From assembly GCA_022703445.1 (NCBI GenBank), contig JAKLDR010000005.1:36107-100106 (forward strand): a DNA stretch of 64,000 nt, written 5' to 3'. This DNA is from Planctomycetota bacterium. GTDB taxonomy: Bacteria > Planctomycetota > SZUA-567 > JAKLDR01. The translations under genes and the position numbers were made by a program. Below are positions 44,146 through 50,864 of the stretch, piece after piece; the first letter of the stretch is position 1, and each line of letters begins with the position of its first letter. The notes below the pieces were generated by a model, which saw only the letters and a program-made list of their open reading frames with translations, did not search any database and was not told the DNA's origin.

Positions 44146-46716
44146 CTACTTCAGCTCCGCGTATTCCGCCGTGGCCGGATCGAACCGCAGCGCGAAGACC
44201 TGGAAGCCCAGGTCGGGCGCTGGACCGAGGAGAAACACGAGTTTGCGTTTCGGGTGGTACATCAGGCCGCTGCCGATGAAGCCGCCGGGCGCCTGGACGT
44301 TCTTCGGCTTCAGGCGCACGCTCTTCCATTCGTTCCCGGCCACGTCGTAGAGGTAGTGCCAGTCCGCGCCGCCGGCGAGGAAGAGCACCGCGTCCGCCTC
44401 TGGAAGGTAGATGGACTCGCGCGCCGTCTCGGCCTCGAACCTCACCTTGTCGGCGTTCTTCGGCTTGAGTTCAGCGATCTCGGTGGTCTTGAAATCGTAG
44501 CTCCAGACCACGCCCTCCTTGAGGGAGCCGTAACCCTTGCCGTTGGCGCAGTACAGGCGGTCGCGCTTGCTGTCGTAGCTGTACGCGGCGGAGAAACCGC
44601 AGAAGCCGTCGGGCCACTTGCCCTGCGCCGGCATGGGCACCCAGCCCTTGGTGGCGTCGAAGCGCTTCACTCCGCCGCCGATGAGGCCGTGCGGGGTGGC
44701 CACGAAGTTGGCGACGCCAATCGGGAAGGAAGTCTTGTCCCAGGCCCGGCGCGCCGGGTCATACATGTACGCGCCGGATGAGGAGTGGATCACGGCGCGC
44801 TTGCTGGCCGCGTCGTAGGCGCAGCGGTGGTAGGTGTGCATGCCCATCCAGGGGCGGCCGTCGAAGTCGGTGCCGGGGAATCCGCTGCAGGCACCCTCGT
44901 GGGTGAGCGGATGGGAGGGCCGGTAGCTGATGCTCCAGGTGTTCGCCTTGATGGAGTACAGCGCCAGGTCGTTGCCGCAGTAGCCGGCGTGACCGCCGCG
45001 CCACCAGATGAGTTGGTCGGTGTCTGGATCGAGGATGCAGGTGCCCCAGTTGCCGTAGCCGCCCGGATTGCCAGAGTTCTTGGCCGTGATCATGGTCCAG
45101 GTGTTGGCCGGCAGCTTGGCGAGGCGTTCCTCGGCGGCGGCGCTCTCCTCGGCCGGTTCGCGGTCGCAGGGGCCGGGTCCGCCGAAGAAGGTCACGGTGT
45201 TGGGCTTGACCCCGTATTTCGCGGTCCCGGCGGCGTCGGCCTTCGCCGCATCCAGGCGGCAGGCCCAGGTGCTGAACTTCCGTTCGTTGACCCAGTACCC
45301 GATCTCCCCGAGCCCCACCAGGAGATCGTCCGGCCCCGCCGCGAAGGCCGAGAGGCCGGTGTTGCACAGCTCGGCCGGCGGCGCGCCGGTGTTGTCCTCG
45401 ACGTGCTGGAGCAGCGCCCAGCGGTCCGCCGCGAGGTCGTAGGTCCAGAGCTCGAAGGGCAGCGTCTCATAGAGCCCCTGCTTGCCCCGCGCCTGATTGG
45501 GCAGGTAGCCGCGGCCGGCCAGCAGCACGGTCTTGGCCTTGGGCAGCCAGACCAGCGCGTGTCCGGCCCGCGGGCCCGGTCCGACCGGCGGGTGCTGCTG
45601 CATCCAGCGGGACTTGGCCGGGTCGAAGGTCCAGGTGTCGGAATAAGCCCGGCTGTAGCCATCGCCCCCGAAGGTCACGACCTTCCTGGCCACGGGATGC
45701 CAGAGAAGCGGACTGTTGCCGCGCGGCGGCGGCTCGACGGCGAGTTCGTCGCGGGCGCTGCGCAGGATCTCCGTGAGGCCGTCCTGCAGGGTGGTCAGGG
45801 TGGGGACGTCGAGCCGGCCGCCGAGCTTCTTGAACTCGCTCTCGGCGATCTTGAGCGCCTCCGCCAGCGCCGCCTTGGCCCGGGCGAGCTGCTGGGTCTC
45901 GTAGTCGTCGGCGCCCTTGGCGGCGCCCAGGGTCGCGCCGGCGGCCGTGACGGCGGCGACCAGCTCCGCGCCCATCTTCTCGAGGCTCAGCTTGGCGGTC
46001 TCGGCGGATTCGGTGCGATAGTGCCGGTTGCGGCAGGCGGCCACCAGATCCTGGCCCTGGACGTAGAGCTTGTGCAGGTCGGCCCGGCGGTCGTTGATGA
46101 GCGGCGAGCCGAACTTGAGCTCCCGCCACTCGTTGCTCTTCGGGCTGTAGAGCCAGGTGCCGGAGCCGCCCAGAGGCGCGGCGCCGTTGGCCAGCATGAC
46201 CTCGCCGCTCTCCGGCAGCCAGCACAGGGTGGCCCAGCGGGTGAAAGCCTCGCCGTTCCTCGGCGGCGCATTCTTGGATGCCGGATTCGTCCAGGTCTTC
46301 TGCGCATAGTCGAAACTTAACAGGTTTTTGCCCCAGGTGTCCGATCCGATGTATCCGTAGCCCCGGTCGGTCGCCGGATCCCAGGCCAGGAAGCAGTTGG
46401 AGGATTCGTTGAGCAGCTTGTTCGGCCCCTGGCCGGGCTTGGCCTCCTCCCACTTGCCGGTGGTCGGGTCGAACAGCATCTCCGCGGTCTTGCCGTTGTA
46501 GCCGGTGAGCAGGAACTTGCCGGCGCTCGCCACGTAGGTGAGCCCGCAGCCCGGGCTCCTGCCGTCCTTGGTCATGCCTTCGTCCAGCTTGACCCAGGCG
46601 TTGGGCGCAGCCTGGGCGATTTGAGGACAGAGCTCTCCGGACTTGGCCGGCGACTCTCCGCCGCGAGCTGCCACCATCGTCGCGGCCAGGGCCAGGGGCA
46701 ATGCCATCTGCTTCAT
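44146..46716 (-). CDS. secreted Kelch-type beta-propeller protein with helical insertion, paralog 4 of 4 (most divergent)
   Basis: ORF 44146..46827. Start at MKQMALPLALAATMVAARGGESP (ATG 46716, GAGGAG 6 nt upstream). VVTFGGDGYSRAYSDTWTFDP. Confidence 0.8.
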   Translation of the reverse strand: MKQMALPLALAATMVAARGGESPAKSGELCPQIAQAAPNAWVKLDEGMTKDGRSPGCGLTYVASAGKFLLTGYNGKTAEMLFDPTTGKWEEAKPGQGPNKLLNESSNCFLAWDPATDRGYGYIGSDTWGKNLLSFDYAQKTWTNPASKNAPPRNGEAFTRWATLCWLPESGEVMLANGAAPLGGSGTWLYSPKSNEWRELKFGSPLINDRRADLHKLYVQGQDLVAACRNRHYRTESAETAKLSLEKMGAELVAAVTAAGATLGAAKGADDYETQQLARAKAALAEALKIAESEFKKLGGRLDVPTLTTLQDGLTEILRSARDELAVEPPPRGNSPLLWHPVARKVVTFGGDGYSRAYSDTWTFDPAKSRWMQQHPPVGPGPRAGHALVWLPKAKTVLLAGRGYLPNQARGKQGLYETLPFELWTYDLAADRWALLQHVEDNTGAPPAELCNTGLSAFAAGPDDLLVGLGEIGYWVNERKFSTWACRLDAAKADAAGTAKYGVKPNTVTFFGGPGPCDREPAEESAAAEERLAKLPANTWTMITAKNSGNPGGYGNWGTCILDPDTDQLIWWRGGHAGYCGNDLALYSIKANTWSISYRPSHPLTHEGACSGFPGTDFDGRPWMGMHTYHRCAYDAASKRAVIHSSSGAYMYDPARRAWDKTSFPIGVANFVATPHGLIGGGVKRFDATKGWVPMPAQGKWPDGFCGFSAAYSYDSKRDRLYCANGKGYGSLKEGVVWSYDFKTTEIAELKPKNADKVRFEAETARESIYLPEADAVLFLAGGADWHYLYDVAGNEWKSVRLKPKNVQAPGGFIGSGLMYHPKRKLVFLLGPAPDLGFQVFALRFDPATAEYAELK

Positions 46717-46726
46717 GGTCATCTCC

Positions 46727-49270
46727 TCAGGTCTTCCGTTCGAGGCGAAGAGTGACGATCTCCCACGCCCGCACCGCGAACTCGGCGACACCGCCGCGAA
46801 CGGCGAGTTCCCGGCCCTCGCGCTCAAGCAGGTTGACGCGCTCGGCGCGGCGCACCCACGCCGGCAGCCGGACGCGCACGCACCCAGCGCGGCCGCGGTG
46901 CTCGGCCAGGCGCAGGATGAGCGCGCCGCCCTCCTCGGCCGGCTTGAGCGCCGCGACGTAGACGTGGTCCGACTCCACGGCCGGCATCTCGGGCAGCCGG
47001 ACCTCGCCGGCGACGGCCAGCATGCCGGCGTTGTAGAGCCCGGCGTCGGCCTCGACGGAGCTCTCCAGGAGCGCCCCGCGGTAGCCGGTCACCGCGTACT
47101 CCAGGCGGTGGCGGCCCTCGTCACGCATGCCGTCGTAGCCGGTCATCACGTAGGACTCCGGCTCGTGCAGGTAGGTCGGGTAGGCCGGGCTCCTGAGCAG
47201 CGAGAGCAGGATCGTCGAGCGGCCCCGGCCGGCCGGCTCTATGCGGTAGGAAGGCAGGCCGCGATTGAGGACGGCGACGGAGAAGCCCTTGGCATCCAGC
47301 CCCGCCCAGTTGATCGCCGGCCAGTCACCGCCGGCCGCCTTCCAGTTGAACCACGGCTTGTAGACCGGCCGCTCGAGCGCGCCGTAGGGTATCCCGTAGA
47401 GGTGCCGGCCCGTCGCCGGCACCGGCACGGCGGCGCGCAGACGGGTGTTGCAGGCGTGCCACTCGACCTCGACGGCCACGTCGATGCGCTCGATTCCGGA
47501 GGTCAGCGTCACGGTGGTCCACGCCCGGGCCTTGTGATCGTTGGCCAGCCGATCGATGTCCACCTCGAACCGCAGGGTCTGCCGCGCCCCGCAGCGCTCG
47601 GCGGAGACGAGCTTGGTCTGGCCGACGAGCGCGGTTCGCTCCTGCGAGGGCTTGATCGTCGCCCAGGGCGAGCCCTCGTCCTCCTCGAGGATCAGCTCGA
47701 AGGGCCGGTAGGCGCCGGGGGCGAGCAGCGCCCGGCCCAGGCGCTTGTCGAAAACCCGGCGCACGCCGTGCGCGTCGGCTTCGATGCGGAAGCGCGCGTT
47801 CTCGATGCGCGGGACGCGGAGCTTCCGGACCGCCGGGGCCGGCGCGGGGCGGAAACGGAAGCTCGCGGCGGAGAACGCCGGCACGGCCGGGGCCGCGAAG
47901 GTCACGCGGGCGCGAGCTCCCGGCAGGCGCTCGACGGCCGCGACGGGGAGCAACCGGCCGGCGGCGTCCTCGATCCTGGCACCGGCGGAGGCCAGCGGCA
48001 GCTCGGCGGTCGCGAGCGTCGGCCGGGAGAAGCCGGTGAGGTTGACCAGCGAGAAGCTCCCGCGCCGGGGCGAACTCAGCCGCCGCAGGGACTTCGCCGC
48101 AAGGCCCGCGGTGCGCCCGGCCAGCTCGGCGTTGATGTCCATCAGCTCGTCGTAGGCCGCGTCGACGTGCGTGCCGGTGACGGCGTCGTGGAAGGCGGTG
48201 AAGAGCAGCTGCTCCCAGCACTTGGCGAGAGCCGCGCGCGGCGGAGTCGCGCCGCACAGGGCGGCGGCCGCGGCCAACATCTCGGCACCGAGCAGGGCGT
48301 ATTCGGCGCGGCGCAGTTCCTGCTTCAGGCGGATGCGGGTGACGTAGCAGCCGGAGTTATTGGGGTTGACCTCGGCGCTCGAGTGCAGCTCACGCTCCGG
48401 AACGGAGTCGACGCGGGCCAGGCGCCCGGCCAGGAGCGGAAGAGCCTCGGACTCGACGGCGAAGCGCGCGTCGAGCCCGCGCGCGCTTCGGCGCAGCCAG
48501 GCGACGGCGTCGGGATTGGGCAGGAGTTCCTCCGGGGACAGCTCGACGAAGGCCCGGCCCTTGCGCTCCACCAGCCCGCGGTCGAAGTCGAGCAGCTTGG
48601 CCCGGGGCGCGGAGTCGAAGCCCCGGCCGCCGCAGCGCCGGCAGCCGCGCCCCGCGCAGCTCGGGCACGGCGGGTACTTGTCGTAGCCGGCCAGGATCCC
48701 GGCGCGCGGCAGCCCCCGCCCGCAGACCGTGCTGCCGTCCAGGCCCCGCCAGTACTCGGCGTCGAGCTCGGAGTAGGTCAGGCCGGTGACGAGCTTCAGG
48801 CCGCAGCCCCGGACGATCTGGGGCAGCTGGGCGCTGTTGCCGAAGGCGTCGTTGCGGACGACGAGCGCCGCGCGCTGGCCGAGGTGCTTCTCGAGCCAGA
48901 GAAACCCGGTCACGAAGTTCCTGGCCAGCGTCTCGCCCAGCACCAGGTTGCCGTCCACGATGTTGTCGCCGGCGCCCGAGACCTCGAAGCGCCCGGCGGC
49001 GGCCAACCGCCGAAGTTCGGCGCGGCGCTCCGGCCGGCGCTCCAGGAACTTGCGGACCACCGCGGTGCACTCGGCCATGAACTTGTACCCGGGGTGGCGC
49101 CGGGCGATGGCCAGGTTCTCAAGCATGTAGGCCTCCTCGATGTCGGCGTAGGAGGCATAGGTCTGCCCGTTCCAGGTGAAGCGGCGGTCCCAGCAGCGGC
49201 GCCAGGTGAGGTCGAAGTGGTTGTTGACCAGCACGTGGAGCACTGGTCGGGTCGGGAGACGAGAGCTCAT
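46727..49270 (-). CDS. glycoside hydrolase family 38 (alpha-mannosidase-like), no signal peptide
   Basis: ORF 46727..49756. Start at MSSRLPTRPVLHVLVNNHFDLTW (ATG 49270, ATGA overlap with the regulator stop). GRFEVSGAGDNIVDGNLVLGETLARNFVTGFLWLEKHLG...RNDAFGNSAQLPQIV matches the GH38 N-terminal catalytic region. Confidence 0.8.
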   Translation of the reverse strand: MSSRLPTRPVLHVLVNNHFDLTWRRCWDRRFTWNGQTYASYADIEEAYMLENLAIARRHPGYKFMAECTAVVRKFLERRPERRAELRRLAAAGRFEVSGAGDNIVDGNLVLGETLARNFVTGFLWLEKHLGQRAALVVRNDAFGNSAQLPQIVRGCGLKLVTGLTYSELDAEYWRGLDGSTVCGRGLPRAGILAGYDKYPPCPSCAGRGCRRCGGRGFDSAPRAKLLDFDRGLVERKGRAFVELSPEELLPNPDAVAWLRRSARGLDARFAVESEALPLLAGRLARVDSVPERELHSSAEVNPNNSGCYVTRIRLKQELRRAEYALLGAEMLAAAAALCGATPPRAALAKCWEQLLFTAFHDAVTGTHVDAAYDELMDINAELAGRTAGLAAKSLRRLSSPRRGSFSLVNLTGFSRPTLATAELPLASAGARIEDAAGRLLPVAAVERLPGARARVTFAAPAVPAFSAASFRFRPAPAPAVRKLRVPRIENARFRIEADAHGVRRVFDKRLGRALLAPGAYRPFELILEEDEGSPWATIKPSQERTALVGQTKLVSAERCGARQTLRFEVDIDRLANDHKARAWTTVTLTSGIERIDVAVEVEWHACNTRLRAAVPVPATGRHLYGIPYGALERPVYKPWFNWKAAGGDWPAINWAGLDAKGFSVAVLNRGLPSYRIEPAGRGRSTILLSLLRSPAYPTYLHEPESYVMTGYDGMRDEGRHRLEYAVTGYRGALLESSVEADAGLYNAGMLAVAGEVRLPEMPAVESDHVYVAALKPAEEGGALILRLAEHRGRAGCVRVRLPAWVRRAERVNLLEREGRELAVRGGVAEFAVRAWEIVTLRLERKT

Positions 49271-50367
49271 GACTTGCCTTTCTCCGCCGGCCGCAGCCGC
49301 ACCGGCACCTTGATGAGCGTCGGCGGCATCTCCGGCCTGGCCCGGCGCTCGGCCAGCCGGACGATGGTCAGCCGGGCGAGCTCGGCTATGCTCCAGACCA
49401 TGGTGGGCGGCACCGAGCCCCTGAAGCTCGCGCTGTAGGCGCCGCCGTAGAGTTCCTCGGTGCACCAGCCGACGAGCTCGAGATCCCGGCCGAGGCTCAG
49501 GCCCAGCTCCCCGGCCGCCGCGGCGAGCTCGGCGGCGGCGTCGTGCCAGAGCCCGAGCACGGCGGTGGGGCGCTCGCCGAGGCTCAGGAGTCTCCGGGCC
49601 GCCGCGGGCGTCTCCGGCCAGGGCGTGTCCCGCATGTACTCCGGCCGGAACTCGACGCCCGCCGCGGCCAGCGCCGCCGCGACGCCGCCGTAGCGCTCCT
49701 GGCTCTGCACGCTCTCCGAGATCCGGCCGAGCCAGGCGATCCTCCGGTGGCCGCAAGCGAGGAGGTGCTTCGTGGCGGCCATCGCGCCCTGGAAAGAGTC
49801 CTGGACCACCGCGTCCAGGCTCATCTCCGGACTCCAGGCGTCCATCATCACCGCCGGCAGGCGCACCCGGCCGACCTCGGCCAGCAGCTCGGGTTTGGCG
49901 ACGTCGAGCACCATGCCGCAGGCCCGGCAGTCGCGGAGCTGCTCCATGATCTGCGCCGGCGAACGCCCCCCGATGCCGATGGCCAGCATCGACCAGCCGC
50001 GGTCCGCCGCCGCCTGCTGCAGGCAGGCGAAGAGCATGCGCGAGAAGTCGTCCCAGAGCTCGGTCTTCTCCGCGCCGCCCAACACGAAGGCGATGGGCAG
50101 CCCGCGCTCCGGGTCGTTGACTCGGGCCAGGACCCGGAAGCCCTGACGCGGCTCGGAGGCCACCAGGCCCTCGGCCTCGAGCTGTTTGGCGGCGCGCCGC
50201 GCCGTCTCGGGAGCGACGCCGTGGGTCGCGGCCAGTTGCTTGTTGGACGGCAGAATCTCGCCGACTCCGATCTCGCCGTTCAGGATCGACTGCCGCAGCT
50301 TGCCTGCCAACTCGACGTAACCGATTGCCTCCAAGACCGATCCATCTGCACGCCGCGTGACCACCAT
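49267..50367 (-). CDS. GntR-type HTH fused to a LacI/PBP-like sugar-binding domain, regulator 2
   Basis: ORF 49267..50571. Start at MVVTRRADGS (ATG 50367, AGGAGG upstream). LPSNKQLAATHGVAPETARRAAKQLEAEGLVASEPRQGFRV. Collinear with regulator 1. Confidence 0.85.
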   Translation of the reverse strand: MVVTRRADGSVLEAIGYVELAGKLRQSILNGEIGVGEILPSNKQLAATHGVAPETARRAAKQLEAEGLVASEPRQGFRVLARVNDPERGLPIAFVLGGAEKTELWDDFSRMLFACLQQAAADRGWSMLAIGIGGRSPAQIMEQLRDCRACGMVLDVAKPELLAEVGRVRLPAVMMDAWSPEMSLDAVVQDSFQGAMAATKHLLACGHRRIAWLGRISESVQSQERYGGVAAALAAAGVEFRPEYMRDTPWPETPAAARRLLSLGERPTAVLGLWHDAAAELAAAAGELGLSLGRDLELVGWCTEELYGGAYSASFRGSVPPTMVWSIAELARLTIVRLAERRARPEMPPTLIKVPVRLRPAEKGKS

Positions 50368-50518
50368 CGTAACTACCTCCTGCCTACCATACACCGGGAG
50401 TTGCTGCCTGTTCGCGGTGTCCGGGCGAATTATTGCATCAAAGAGGCTTGTGGCGCTGACTCGCACTGTACGAAGGGATCGACACCCAGCCACGGCGCCG
50501 GAGCCGGTCAGCCGGAAA

Positions 50519-50624
50519 CTTATGTATTTGAACTGTCGCAGCGCCTTTCGCTTATGTAATTGAACTGTCACCTTATGTATTAGGAGTGTCGCAGCCGCTT
50601 TGGCTTATGTATTTGGACTGTCAC
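50519..50624 (+). repeat. four direct copies of an AT-rich 21-mer CTTATGTAWTWGRAsTGTCRC (a 53-bp unit duplicated in tandem)
   Basis: Copies at 50519-50539, 50551-50571, 50572-50592 and 50604-50624. A further full copy at 54014-54034, with a truncated one just before it. Confidence 0.85.
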
Positions 50625-50717
50625 CCCGTTTGCAGGGGGCCGGCGCCCGGCGAAAGCACCACAAAAGTCCGTGCGCGCAGAATTCTGGGCAGAAAATCGC
50701 ACGGACGGGCCCAAAAC
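50581..50717 (+). repeat. ~137-bp direct repeat, copy 1 (contains the REP-like hairpin 50667-50706)
   Basis: TAGGAGTGTCGCAGCCGCTTTGGCTTATGTATTTGGACTGTCACCCC...GTCCGTGCGCGCAGAATTCTGGGCAGAAAATCGCACGGAC recurs at 53991-54128 with a few substitutions and indels. Confidence 0.9.
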
Positions 50718-50778
50718 GGCCTCTCTACAGCACCTAACACCTTATGCCGCAGCTAGATGTCGTGCTCCGACGAGGATG
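50698..50778 (+). repeat. ~80-bp repeat B, copy 1 (ends in the 19-nt core GATGTCGTGCTCCGACGAG at 50756-50774)
   Basis: CGCACGGACGGGCCCAAAAC..CACCTAAC..TTATGCCGCAGC..GATGTCGTGCTCCGACGAGGATG. A second copy lies at 53890-53970. Confidence 0.85.
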
Positions 50779-50864
50779 TCCCAGACGAGGATGTCCCAAG
50801 GACGAGGATGTCCCAAGGATGTCCCAGTGCCCCGACGAGGATGCCCAGACGACGAGGATGCCCC
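50769..50864. repeat. degenerate microsatellite of GACGAGGATGTCCCA-like units
   Basis: CGACGAGGATGTCCCAGACGAGGATGTCCCAAGGACGAGGATGTCCCAAGGATGTCCCAG..GACGAGGATGCCC, immediately 3' of the PD40 gene stop. Confidence 0.8.

Noticed and set aside
37079-46716. Diversity-generating retroelement or programmed hypervariation as an explanation for the four Kelch paralogs
   Set aside because: No reverse transcriptase, template/variable repeat pair or adenine-specific mismatch pattern is visible. Divergence is spread along the whole length, as in ordinary old paralogs.
50519-50864. CRISPR-like appearance of direct repeats near 50.5 kb and the word repeats at 50769-50864 and 52810-52938
   Set aside because: Only four 21-mers with irregular 21/32-bp spacing and essentially no unique spacers. 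The others are degenerate microsatellites. No cas genes are in the window.
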